Position numbers and translations under genes: made by a program
In this document: positions 27,832 through 36,869 of the stretch, in pieces
Layout of the letters: each line of letters opens with the position of its first letter
How positions within the stretch are numbered: position 1 is the stretch's first letter
NCBI GenBank assembly: GCA_024694125.1
Contig: JAILKE010000063.1
Coordinates: 6,564-70,563, forward strand
From: Bacteroidales bacterium
Lineage (GTDB): Bacteria; Bacteroidota; Bacteroidia; Bacteroidales; UBA3663
DNA length: 64,000 nucleotides
Reading direction: 5' to 3'
The notes under the pieces: generated by a model
Databases searched by the model: none
The model's input: the letters and a program-made list of their open reading frames with translations, nothing else
What the model was told of the DNA's origin: nothing

Positions 27832-29568
27832 ATGAAAAAAACTTTATCATTGCTCCTCACTCTCTGCCTGCTGGCAGGATGCAGCGAGCAGACGGTCAAC
27901 TTCCCACGTGAGTTCTCGAGCGAACCGTTGCGCCTGCTCAATCATTGGGACAATCCCGACGGCAGTGTCGAACGTGGCTACGCCGGTCGCAGCATCTTCT
28001 GGAACCGCGGCAAGATCGACACGCTCGGCATTCAGGAATATGGACGCCGCAATCAGGAGTATGGCATCAATGGCACTGTCATCAACAATGTCAATGCATC
28101 GCCTGTGATGCTCACAGATGCCTATCTCGATACTGCACAGATGTATGCCGACCTGCTGCGTCCCTACGGCGTCAAGGTCTATCTGGCAGTCAATTTCGCC
28201 ACTCCACTGGTGCTGGGCCAGACCTCGACGGCCGATCCGCTCGATACCACGGTGGTGCGCTGGTGGACGAACCGTGCCAACGATATCTATCGCCGCATTC
28301 CGGACTTCGGTGGTTTCCTGGTCAAGGCCAACAGCGAGGGTCAGCCCGGCCCATGCAACTATGGTCGCACGCATGCTGAGGGTGCCAATATGCTGGCACG
28401 TGCGCTCTATCCGCACAAGGGTGTGGTCATCTGGCGTGCTTTCGTCTATTCGCCCACCGACCTGGACCGTGCCAAGCAGGCATACATCGAGTTCGCCGAC
28501 CTGGATGGCCAGTTTGACAAGAATGTCATCATCCAGATCAAGAACGGACCTGTCGATTTCCAGCCCCGCGAACCAGTCTCGCCACTTTTCTTCTCGATGC
28601 GCAAGACTCGCGTGATGGCGGAGTTGCAGATCACGCAGGAGTATCTCGGTCAGTCCAATCACATCGCCTTCCTGGCTCCAATGTGGACGGAGTTTATCCG
28701 GGAACTCAGGTGTGGGGGCGCGCCCGAACTGCGCGACTTCGCCGGTGTAGCTAACGTCGGTACCAATGGTTGTGGCAACAAGATGGCGGAAGCCAACTGG
28801 TATGCCTTCGGCCGCATAGCCAACAATCCGGATGTATGTTCGGACTCGATTGCCAAGGACTGGGTCGAGATGAACTTCCCCGACGCCAACGATCGTGCCA
28901 AACTCTCTATACGTGCAATGTTGCTGATGAGCCGCGAGGCTGTGGTCAACTACATGATGCCCATGGGATTGCACCACCAGTTCGCCTGGGGTCACCACTA
29001 TGGACCTGAACCTTGGTGCGCCATGCCCGGCATACGCTACGACTGGATGCCATCGTACTACCATCGTTCGGACACCATCGGCCTCGGCTTTGACCGTACG
29101 GTAGCAACTGGTACCGGTGCCACAGCGCAGTACCCCGACAGCATGGCACAGTCGTACGAGAACCTGGAGACCTGCCCGGAGAAGTATCTGGTATGGTTCC
29201 ACCATGCGCCATGGACCTACACCCGTACATGGACGGACGGCACGACGGAGAACCTCTGGAACCACCTGGGCCGCCACTATCAGGCGGGTGTGAACCAGGT
29301 GCGCCAGATGCAGATCATGTGGAACAGTGTCAAGGGTCAGGTGCCCGACGATACCTTCACCGACATCTCTAAGCGCCTCGACACGCAGATGAAGGATGCC
29401 GTGTGGTGGAAGGATGCCTGTCTGCTCTACTTCCAGCACCTGAGCAAGCAGGACTGGCCCCCTACAGCCGAGAAGCCTAAATACAAGCTCGAGGACCTGC
29501 GCAAGATTCATCTGCGCATCTCCAACTTCGAGTGCCCGTCGGCTGACCTGCTCGACTCGCTCCGTTGA
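27832..29568 (+). CDS. GH67 alpha-glucuronidase, short form (apparently no N-terminal domain)
   Basis: ATG at 27832 gives MKKTLSLLLTLCLLAGC. GH67 motifs LNHWDNPDGSVERGYAGRSIFW and FLVKANSEGQPGP. 578 aa. Confidence 0.8.
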   Translation: MKKTLSLLLTLCLLAGCSEQTVNFPREFSSEPLRLLNHWDNPDGSVERGYAGRSIFWNRGKIDTLGIQEYGRRNQEYGINGTVINNVNASPVMLTDAYLDTAQMYADLLRPYGVKVYLAVNFATPLVLGQTSTADPLDTTVVRWWTNRANDIYRRIPDFGGFLVKANSEGQPGPCNYGRTHAEGANMLARALYPHKGVVIWRAFVYSPTDLDRAKQAYIEFADLDGQFDKNVIIQIKNGPVDFQPREPVSPLFFSMRKTRVMAELQITQEYLGQSNHIAFLAPMWTEFIRELRCGGAPELRDFAGVANVGTNGCGNKMAEANWYAFGRIANNPDVCSDSIAKDWVEMNFPDANDRAKLSIRAMLLMSREAVVNYMMPMGLHHQFAWGHHYGPEPWCAMPGIRYDWMPSYYHRSDTIGLGFDRTVATGTGATAQYPDSMAQSYENLETCPEKYLVWFHHAPWTYTRTWTDGTTENLWNHLGRHYQAGVNQVRQMQIMWNSVKGQVPDDTFTDISKRLDTQMKDAVWWKDACLLYFQHLSKQDWPPTAEKPKYKLEDLRKIHLRISNFECPSADLLDSLR

Positions 29569-29579
29569 GCCCTTCAGTG

Positions 29580-29629
29580 CTTGAGACAACGAATTTCATG
29601 ACTTGAGACAACGAATTTCATGACTTGAG
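29580..29629. repeat. 22-nt direct repeat x2.3 after the GH67 stop
   Basis: CTTGAGACAACGAATTTCATGA x2 followed by CTTGAG. Confidence 0.9.
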
Positions 29630-29662
29630 TTTTTATCGTTAAATAGTAATAGTTTAAATGAG

Positions 29663-29708
29663 CAATACGGATTAGATTGATCTTGTCAGATCGTTCTAAT
29701 CCGTATTG
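29663..29708. terminator. Bidirectional hairpin between convergent GH67 and OM beta-barrel genes
   Basis: CAATACGGATTAGA ... TCTAATCCGTATTG forms a 14-bp perfect stem. Confidence 0.65.
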
Positions 29709-29750
29709 TTCGTTATGTCCGTATGTGCCGGTTCGTACCGTGTGCGCAGG

Positions 29751-30551
29751 TTACAGTCTCCAGCAGATGCTGCCGCTCACACCGAATCCGGTCTCGCCGG
29801 TCTTGGGGTAGTGGTCATTGGGGCTGTCGGTCAGATGTTGCAGGTGCAGGGCAGCGCGCAGTCGCAGGTGCGACCCGATAGGGTAGTAGGCGCCCATGCG
29901 CAGTCCCACGGTAGCGCAGTTGGGCCAGTCCGTGTGCTTCGTCCCGGTGCCACCCTGGGCTGTCGTGCCGGTACCCTGGTCTATGCCTATCAGTGCGCCG
30001 GCGTACACCTCGGCGAACGGAGTGAACATCCACAGGGGTTGCAACCTGTATTCGGCGGTGGCGCAGATGGGGATGTAGCGCGTGGCGTATCGGCCCACAC
30101 CATGATACAGACCTGTGGTGATGCCCGCATACCAGTTGTCGTCTATCTGCCACAGGGCGGTCAACTCCAGTCCGGCATTCATCTCGGCTGTCATACCCTC
30201 CTTGTCGTAGTAACCGCGTGTCAGGTTGGCTGTGCCTCGCACCTCGGTGGGCATCCAGCGGCGCAGGTTCAGGAGGTTGTTGTCCGACGGTTGGGCTGTC
30301 TGCAGGATGGAGTCGGCGCTGCTCTCCCAGGGCCAGAAGTCCACTTCGTCGGTCGATATGCCTGTAGTGTCGGCGTCGGGGCGAATGGCATAGTGGATGG
30401 AGTCGGCATCGGGCCGGATGATCATCAACAGCCGCGGCGCCGTGACGTGTAGGTCATCATCGCTCTTCAATCCCGCACTGATGCCTGCCCAGGTGCGCGC
30501 CTGTGCTGCAAGGCTCAATGCCATGGTGAGTACGATGATGAGGAACTTCAT
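29751..30551 (-). CDS. Putative outer-membrane beta-barrel protein (function unknown)
   Basis: 266 aa. Signal MKFLIIVLTMALSLAAQA. Alternating hydrophobic pattern and aromatic-rich C-terminus (GVSGSICWRL). Co-directional with and downstream of GH2. Confidence 0.45.
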   Translation of the reverse strand: MKFLIIVLTMALSLAAQARTWAGISAGLKSDDDLHVTAPRLLMIIRPDADSIHYAIRPDADTTGISTDEVDFWPWESSADSILQTAQPSDNNLLNLRRWMPTEVRGTANLTRGYYDKEGMTAEMNAGLELTALWQIDDNWYAGITTGLYHGVGRYATRYIPICATAEYRLQPLWMFTPFAEVYAGALIGIDQGTGTTAQGGTGTKHTDWPNCATVGLRMGAYYPIGSHLRLRAALHLQHLTDSPNDHYPKTGETGFGVSGSICWRL

Positions 30552-30557
30552 AATGCT

Positions 30558-30656
30558 AAATTAAAAATTAAGAGTTAAAAATTAAAAATTGAAAGTTGAA
30601 AATTGAAAGTTACAAATTGAAAATTGAAAGTTGAAAATTGAAAGTTGAAAATTGAG
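30558..30656. repeat. Heptamer array (ARTTGAA x10 plus a degenerate lead-in) between the GH2 stop and the OM-protein start
   Basis: AATTGAA AGTTGAA AATTGAA AGTTACA AATTGAA AATTGAA AGTTGAA AATTGAA AGTTGAA AATTGAG. On the coding (minus) strand this is a G-poor leader. Confidence 0.9.
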
Positions 30657-30697
30657 AAATCTTGATGAGAGAAGTTGTGGAGGATATTGACCTGGGA

Positions 30698-33208
30698 CTA
30701 TGGACGGGACTCGATCTCTACATATCGGGGCTCAATGCCATCGGCAGAGATTTTGACCCGGATGGTGCCGGGTTGATGGGTCGATTGCACTCGCAGCAGG
30801 ACGGAGCCGAAGTAGGAGCAGACACTGTTGCCGGTGAATGTGCTGCGGCCGAAGTCGCCGGACTCGATGCTGAGCAGTCGGCCAGGACCATCGACCTGGA
30901 CAGTAATCATGCGGGGGTCCATCTGTTGCTTGCGCCCCAGGGAATCGACCGTAGTGACGCGGATGTGGGCTACGGTCTGGTGCATTGCGCTGGGGACGAG
31001 CGTCATGGACTGACTGCCTGCCTCGCGGTAGAGGCGTCCTGCCTGCTTGTCGATTGGACCAAAAGACTCTGTGAGTGTGGCCCTGTCGGCTGGCAAGGTG
31101 CGCAGCGTGGGGCGGTCATTGTCTATGCGCAGGGCACATACCGGGCCGTGATTGACCAGCGAGTCGCGCAGCACCGGTAGGCCATCTCTGTAACCTACAG
31201 CCAGTACCTTGCCGCGACGTGCAGGTAGTTGCAGCGTGATGGTGTGGTCGGGGTAACGTGACGTGATGCGCGGCTGGAGCGGCAACTGCGGGTTGCTCCA
31301 CATGGGGAAGAAGAACTGCACGGAGTCGCACGTCGTGTAACAGCGAACCTGTACGGTGCGTCCGTCGTCGAACGGCATATCCCAGCAGTCGGCCATGAGT
31401 GGGTACTGCCAGTGGTCGGTACCGGGGCACTGAGGCCAGCAGTTGTCGCGCACTACCAGTTTCAGATAGGGTCGCTCCGGTTGCCACACGGTGTGGTAGT
31501 AGGCTGCCTGGGGACGTTCATCGAGCGTCATGTCGAAGGGGCAGGAGCACCAGCCCTTGGCAGGCCAGGGCGATGACTCGCCACGATAATCGACGCCTGC
31601 CCATACGAACGATCCGGCTATGAAGTCGTTCTCCTCGACCCAGTTCCAGGGATTGCGCTCCTCCCAGTCACGGACGATGTCCTCACGCAGTCCACTGTAA
31701 TAGACAAACGACTCGGTGACGAGCATCTTGCGTTGCGGATGGCGGCGGTGGTCCTGTAGCATGCGCGGTTCGAGGTAATTGTACCCTACCAGATCGGTCA
31801 CCTCGCCAAATGCGTCGGTGAATCCCTGCTGACACGCCACGATAGTGGGACGGGTGGGGTCCAGACGGTGCGCGATGTCGTTCAGCCGGCGTGCGCGGGC
31901 TATGCCTTCGTTGGTCGGTTTGCCGCCGGGTGTGACTGGCTCGGCTGGCAACCATGCCTCCTGCAGCTCGTTGCCTATGCTCCAGATGATGATGGAGGGA
32001 TGATTGCGGTCATTGCATATCATGTCCGCCAGGTCTCCCTCGGCACAACTGTCATAGTAGGGGGCGTAGTAACCGGATTTCCACTTGTCGAACGCCTCGT
32101 CTATCACCAGCAGTCCGAGGGTGTCGCAGATGTTGAGCATGGCGGTCGATGCCGGATTGTGTGCGCTGCGTATGGCATTGCACCCCAGTGCCTTGAGCCG
32201 CTGCAGTCGTCGCTCTATCACACGGTCGGGGACGGCTACCCCCAGGTCGCCTGCATCCTGGTGCAGACACATGCCGCGCAGTTTGGTACGGCGGCCGTTC
32301 AGTGCGAATCCCGTATCGGCATCGAAGGCGCAGTATCTCAATCCGATGGGGGTAATCATCTCATCGACCACCTTGCCCTTGGCATTGCGCAGACGGGATT
32401 GTACATAGTAGTGTGTGGGATGGTCGATGTCCCACAACGTGACGTCGCTGCCGCTGATGCGCGTCTGGGTGGTGAAGGTACCGCCGATGCTGCGGCCTGT
32501 GGCATCGAGCAGTCGGTGCTCGGTCGTACATCCTTCGCCCTGCACGATGGTGCATTGGCAATGAATATCCCAGTCCGATGTGGTGACCGATGCGGTGTCG
32601 CAGGGTCGGGCCTGAACAAAGATGCCGTTGGTGGCAAAGTGCTGTCGCTGGGTCTCGATGAGCCATACGTGTCGGTACAGGCCTGCGCCCGTGTACCATC
32701 TAGACTGCTCTTCGGTCTGGCAGTGTATCACCAGACGATTGCGTCCGCGTGAACGTAGATAGGGGGTCATATCCACCTCAAATGGGGTATAGCCGTACAT
32801 GTGGTGGCCCAACTGATGGCCGTTCAGCCACACGGTGGCGCGGTGGTAGGCTGCCTCTACGCGCAGCGCTATGCGTCGGTCGGGGTCGATGCCCTGTGGC
32901 CAGGTGAAATCCTTGACGTATAGTCCATTGCCGCCAGGTAGATATCCGGCGGCACCTCCTTGATTGGGGTCAATGGGGAGCGTGATGCTCCAGTCGTGGG
33001 GAAGGGAGACTGTGGTATGCGCGCTGTCTGCCCAGGTGGGGAGTGGTGATGCAAACAGTGTGTCGCATTGCTGACGCGCGTCGGCGCTGTCCTGGCACAA
33101 GCGGAAGTGCCACTGGTAGTCGAACACCAGATGCCGGCGGTTGGGCATTGCCCAATTGAGCGTGCAACCCGCGCACCAAAATAAGAATATTAGAATATAA
33201 GGTTTCAT
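30698..33208 (-). CDS. GH2 family glycoside hydrolase (beta-galactosidase-like)
   Basis: ATG at 33208 gives signal MKPYILIFLFWCAGC. The longer ORF-track start at 33466 runs through the divergent promoter region. GH2 motifs NAIRSAHNPAS and NHPSIIIWSIGNE. Confidence 0.85.
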   Translation of the reverse strand: MKPYILIFLFWCAGCTLNWAMPNRRHLVFDYQWHFRLCQDSADARQQCDTLFASPLPTWADSAHTTVSLPHDWSITLPIDPNQGGAAGYLPGGNGLYVKDFTWPQGIDPDRRIALRVEAAYHRATVWLNGHQLGHHMYGYTPFEVDMTPYLRSRGRNRLVIHCQTEEQSRWYTGAGLYRHVWLIETQRQHFATNGIFVQARPCDTASVTTSDWDIHCQCTIVQGEGCTTEHRLLDATGRSIGGTFTTQTRISGSDVTLWDIDHPTHYYVQSRLRNAKGKVVDEMITPIGLRYCAFDADTGFALNGRRTKLRGMCLHQDAGDLGVAVPDRVIERRLQRLKALGCNAIRSAHNPASTAMLNICDTLGLLVIDEAFDKWKSGYYAPYYDSCAEGDLADMICNDRNHPSIIIWSIGNELQEAWLPAEPVTPGGKPTNEGIARARRLNDIAHRLDPTRPTIVACQQGFTDAFGEVTDLVGYNYLEPRMLQDHRRHPQRKMLVTESFVYYSGLREDIVRDWEERNPWNWVEENDFIAGSFVWAGVDYRGESSPWPAKGWCSCPFDMTLDERPQAAYYHTVWQPERPYLKLVVRDNCWPQCPGTDHWQYPLMADCWDMPFDDGRTVQVRCYTTCDSVQFFFPMWSNPQLPLQPRITSRYPDHTITLQLPARRGKVLAVGYRDGLPVLRDSLVNHGPVCALRIDNDRPTLRTLPADRATLTESFGPIDKQAGRLYREAGSQSMTLVPSAMHQTVAHIRVTTVDSLGRKQQMDPRMITVQVDGPGRLLSIESGDFGRSTFTGNSVCSYFGSVLLRVQSTHQPGTIRVKISADGIEPRYVEIESRP

Positions 33209-33212
33209 GGCA

Positions 33213-33220
33213 CAAAGGTA
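33213..33220 (-). promoter_or_regulatory. -7 box (TACCTTTG on minus strand) abutting the GH2 start codon
   Basis: Minus strand reads AAAGATGTTACCTTTGTGCC-ATG. Forms part of a 20-bp perfect inverted duplication with 33320-33339. Confidence 0.55.
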
Positions 33221-33327
33221 ACATCTTTTTTGTAATAATGAAACATTTTCACTTAAAATTCGTAACCGATTATCAAATTTGTAACTATTTGTATCATTTT
33301 TATAATTATTGATAAAATTAAAGATGT

Positions 33328-33335
33328 TACCTTTG
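33328..33335 (+). promoter_or_regulatory. -7 box (TACCTTTG) for the GH98-like hydrolase gene
   Basis: Matches TAnnTTTG, 33 nt upstream of the ATG at 33369. Confidence 0.6.
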
Positions 33336-33368
33336 TGCCGCAATTCAATGCCATAAACACTATTAATC

Positions 33369-36300
33369 ATGAAGAAGTTCTTGTATGCTATTATCTTGTT
33401 ATTAGTCTGCTGCTGTTCGTTGCAGGCTGCTGCATTGTCATCGGCCGATGATGAAGCTGCTCCCACACGCCGCCCTGTAGATAGCCGTCACCCGATGTGG
33501 CTGGTCCATGTGGATGTGTGGAACAAGGCGGACCCGCAGAAAATCATCAACCTGATACCCGAACGTATTCGCCCTTATGTGGTGCTAAATCTCTCCCTCT
33601 CGTGCCAGTATGATGTGGATAAGGGGGTATATAAGATGCCGCAGAATGCTGTCAAGACCTACCGCTCGTGGGCCACTGTATGTCAGCACAACGGTATGTG
33701 GTTCACTTGCCAGCCTGCCAGCGGTGGTCATACGCACCTGCAGGACGATGACCTGGAGACGTTTGAATATTTCTATCGCGCTTTTCCTAACTTCCTCGGC
33801 TGGAATTTCGCCGAGCAGTTCTGGGGCTTTGACGAACCGGGCGACAAGAGTTCGAGCAGTCAGGCGGACCGCATTGCCCTCTTTGCCAAACTGGTGCCGA
33901 TGGCGCATCGCTACGGCGGATTCCTGACTATCTCCTTCTGCGGCAATATATGGTCCCATGCCCTCAATCCATTGGGCATGATGAAACGTAATCCGGACCT
34001 GCTTGCCGCCTGCAAGGCCTATCCCGATGCCATCCTGTGGTTGTACAAATATACTACCTCGTCGTGCTTCTACAACAACGAGAGTGTCACCTATGGTCCC
34101 TTCATCGCTGGATTGGCCAATAACTACGGTGTCCGCTACGACAACTGCGGCTGGAACGGTGCTATCGAGGCTATCGTCGGCAAGGACAGTGGTCTGAAGT
34201 ACCCCAATGCCGCTGGATTCGGTACGGTCATCGAACAGACCTGTGTCAATGGCGGTGCCGTGTGTGATGGTCCTGAATTGATCTGGACTGAAGATTTCCA
34301 GAACCTGTCGAACACGACGGTCAATGGTTATACACGTCGTCGCTGGGGTCTCTTCCCGGGTTTCCGCAACGGCTGGCTCGACATCTTTGACAAGATCATC
34401 GACGGTACTCTCTATATACCTACGCGCGAGGAGGTGCTCGCCGAGACCAAGGTTGTGGTGGTCAATGGTATCACTACAGGCAGTGACGAAGACAAGTATG
34501 CCGCTTGGGGCTCGCTCTACGACGGATTGTACAAGCAGGAGGATCCCTTCAATGTGGGTCAGGGTCAATGGATGGACAATTACTGCTACTTCAAGAGCAC
34601 GGGCCGCTATCGCGCTGTGCCTGTGGTCAACTGTCTGCAGGACGAATTGGCCAAGACTATCCCTGTCCGTGTATCGAAGGCTGCATACGCATCGCGTTGG
34701 GGCAGTCTGACAGCCAAGGTCAATGACTTCAATGCACAATACCCCGAAGTGAGCCAGGGCGACCTCTACGTGAACCGCTATCGCAATCAGTTGGTCACCT
34801 ATGTGCCACACACCTACCTGAACCAGAAACAGGATGCCCAGGCGCGTATTCCTCTGTTGTACAATACTTGCGACTCGATTCTGCTCGACTGGAATCACCT
34901 CTCGACAGGCGTCGTACACGAGTATGCCGACCATATTGACCTCTATCTCAACAACTATCGTGCAGATACTACCACGCAGCGCATTGATGTCATTACGGTC
35001 AAGGGGGCTGCGGCGGAACCTACCTTCACGGCTGTGCGTCGTGCCGATGGTCTGATGTCGTCCACTACCTCCACCTGGGATGCCGAGAGTGGGGTGTTCT
35101 CATTGAGCATCAAACACCTGGGCGGTGTGGATGTATGCATCCGCTGTGCCGGTAGCGCCACGGATCGTGCCACCGATACATTGAGCCATGCTGAGCTCCC
35201 TGTGCCTGCCCAACCTGCTGCCTATGTCGGTCCTGTCACCATCGAGGCGGAGGATATGGACTACAAGAACATCAATAGCTGCGTCACTGACCCCTACGGC
35301 TGGTATCCCAATGTGCGTGGTCATGCCGGTAACGGTTTCATGGATATGGGAACCAACACGGCTGGTGCCCTAAGGCATATCTTCAATGCCCCGCAGGCAG
35401 GCGACTACCGCATCCGTGTACGCTATACCAATACCCACAAGCAGGCAACCATCACCATGCAGGTGGGCAGTAGCTCGCTCAAGGTGCTGTGTCCCGTCAC
35501 TGCCACCAATGAATGGTGTGAGTGCGAAGCTACCTTCTCGCTCAATGCAGGTGCCAATACGCTGCAGTTGCTCAATGCCAACGGTATCAACATGTATATC
35601 GACAATGTGACCTATCATCCAGCGTCGGTGCCCGATGAGAAATTCCTCGTGACGGTGCGCGATGCCGAACACGGACAGGTCCAGGCCTCTGTCGTACAGG
35701 CAGCCGAGGGCGATACGGTCTCGCTCACGGTGCAACCGGAGCTGGGATATGAGTTCGTAGGTTGGAACATCATCCATGGCAATATCAACATTGCAGAAGA
35801 TAACTCCTTCGTCATGCCCGATGACAATGTGACGTTACAGCCTATCTATCGGGACATGACCATTGTATATCATCTCGACTACACCGATGTGCTGTCGGGT
35901 GCTGTCCCTCCAGGATGGCAGTGCAAGCAGGAGGGCGATGCCGTCCATGCCTATCCCGCTACGTTCAGTTCCGGTTCGCGTACCTTTGCCGGCTTCACAG
36001 GCTATCAGGGCAAGGCTTTCTATTGGCGTGAAGGCAACTGTGAGTATGGCCGACAATCGGACTATCTGCTCTCGTTGCAACCGGGCGACTACCGGCTTAC
36101 CTATGCAATGGCAGCTTGGAAATCCACTCCTCGTTATCGTGTGGATGTGCTCAATGCCAGTGGTGCATCCATTGCCTCGGCCTCGTCGCTCCTGGCTGCA
36201 CCCAATGTCAATGGCAGTACCTCGGCGGATGTATCCAGTGCCGAACAGCGTACGCTCTCATTCACTGTCTCGCAGGCAGGCAATTATGTCCTCTCGTTCT

Positions 36301-36518
36301 CCAACCTGGATGCCGTAGGCGGCTATGACGAGTTCCTCCTCCTGCAGTGTCAGATCAATATTGTGCCCGATGCATCGGCCATCACCAATGCCATCGCACC
36401 CGATGACGAAGTCCTCCATATCTATGATGCAGAGGGTCGCACCCGCGCTGCTATTCAGTCGGGCATGAATGTGGTACAATATCACTCCGGCAGAGTGGGC
36501 AAGGTGTGGGTCAAGTAA
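33369..36518 (+). CDS. Multi-domain secreted glycoside hydrolase (GH98-like catalytic region, tentative) + CBM6/35-like module + InlB B-repeat-like domain + T9SS-type tail
   Basis: 1049 aa with signal peptide. N-terminal TIM-barrel-like region with FLGWNFAEQFWGF. CBM6/35-like TIEAEDMDYKN...YIDNVTYHP. Repeat domain ...GYEFVGWNIIHG...VTLQPIY. Tail IYDAEGRTRAAIQSGMNVVQYHSGRVGKVWVK. Confidence 0.6.
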   Translation: MKKFLYAIILLLVCCCSLQAAALSSADDEAAPTRRPVDSRHPMWLVHVDVWNKADPQKIINLIPERIRPYVVLNLSLSCQYDVDKGVYKMPQNAVKTYRSWATVCQHNGMWFTCQPASGGHTHLQDDDLETFEYFYRAFPNFLGWNFAEQFWGFDEPGDKSSSSQADRIALFAKLVPMAHRYGGFLTISFCGNIWSHALNPLGMMKRNPDLLAACKAYPDAILWLYKYTTSSCFYNNESVTYGPFIAGLANNYGVRYDNCGWNGAIEAIVGKDSGLKYPNAAGFGTVIEQTCVNGGAVCDGPELIWTEDFQNLSNTTVNGYTRRRWGLFPGFRNGWLDIFDKIIDGTLYIPTREEVLAETKVVVVNGITTGSDEDKYAAWGSLYDGLYKQEDPFNVGQGQWMDNYCYFKSTGRYRAVPVVNCLQDELAKTIPVRVSKAAYASRWGSLTAKVNDFNAQYPEVSQGDLYVNRYRNQLVTYVPHTYLNQKQDAQARIPLLYNTCDSILLDWNHLSTGVVHEYADHIDLYLNNYRADTTTQRIDVITVKGAAAEPTFTAVRRADGLMSSTTSTWDAESGVFSLSIKHLGGVDVCIRCAGSATDRATDTLSHAELPVPAQPAAYVGPVTIEAEDMDYKNINSCVTDPYGWYPNVRGHAGNGFMDMGTNTAGALRHIFNAPQAGDYRIRVRYTNTHKQATITMQVGSSSLKVLCPVTATNEWCECEATFSLNAGANTLQLLNANGINMYIDNVTYHPASVPDEKFLVTVRDAEHGQVQASVVQAAEGDTVSLTVQPELGYEFVGWNIIHGNINIAEDNSFVMPDDNVTLQPIYRDMTIVYHLDYTDVLSGAVPPGWQCKQEGDAVHAYPATFSSGSRTFAGFTGYQGKAFYWREGNCEYGRQSDYLLSLQPGDYRLTYAMAAWKSTPRYRVDVLNASGASIASASSLLAAPNVNGSTSADVSSAEQRTLSFTVSQAGNYVLSFSNLDAVGGYDEFLLLQCQINIVPDASAITNAIAPDDEVLHIYDAEGRTRAAIQSGMNVVQYHSGRVGKVWVK

Positions 36519-36569
36519 TTCTCAAGTGATTCTCAAGTAGTGCCTCAAGTAGTGCCTTAAGTAGTGCTG
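36511..36569. repeat. 11-12-nt tandem words starting inside the last codons and stop of the GH98-like gene
   Basis: TCAAGTAATTC TCAAGTGATTC TCAAGTAGTGCC TCAAGTAGTGCCT TAAGTAGTGC. The stop TAA is at 36516-36518. Confidence 0.9.
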
Positions 36570-36696
36570 CAATGAGGCATTGCTCGCTCCTCATTTCACC
36601 TTTATTTCTCCCCCATTTCCCTCCAATATACTTCCAATACACCCTAATTGCTCCAGCAATATATTTTTCCAAAATACAAACCTCTATTATATATTC

Positions 36697-36730
36697 GAGC
36701 TCCGATAGTTTGTTTGTTCTATCGGAGCTC
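36697..36730 (+). terminator. Intrinsic terminator after the GH98-like gene
   Basis: GAGCTCCGATAG-tttgtttgtt-CTATCGGAGCTC forms a 12-bp perfect stem. Followed by TTCCTTTTAATTTTTT. Confidence 0.7.
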
Positions 36731-36832
36731 TTCCTTTTAATTTTTTACTCCCTCATTCGTTACATTTTTAGACCTGATTTGTAACAATTTACCATGGTTG
36801 TACAAATTTAAAAGTAGTTGTTACAATTGAAT

Positions 36833-36863
36833 TTTGCTGCTACGTGCAAAAAGGCTACCTTTG
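36833..36863 (+). promoter_or_regulatory. Full-consensus Bacteroidota promoter (-33 TTTG, 19-nt spacer, -7 TACCTTTG) with no downstream CDS
   Basis: Sequence TTTGctgctacgtgcaaaaaggcTACCTTTG. Points toward the 3' end of the convergent sensor gene. Confidence 0.6.
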
Positions 36864-36869
36864 CACCAT

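Noticed and set aside
33209-33466. N-terminal extensions offered by the ORF track: GH2 from 33466, the surface protein from 16790, GH67 from 27739, PL1 from 47310, AraC from 42957, the membrane paralog from 42899, SusD from 6251 and FAS1 from 10010.
   Set aside because: The extensions cross promoter boxes, intergenic repeats or upstream genes, and several start at TTG or GTG. In each case an internal ATG immediately precedes a canonical signal peptide, lipobox or first TM helix.
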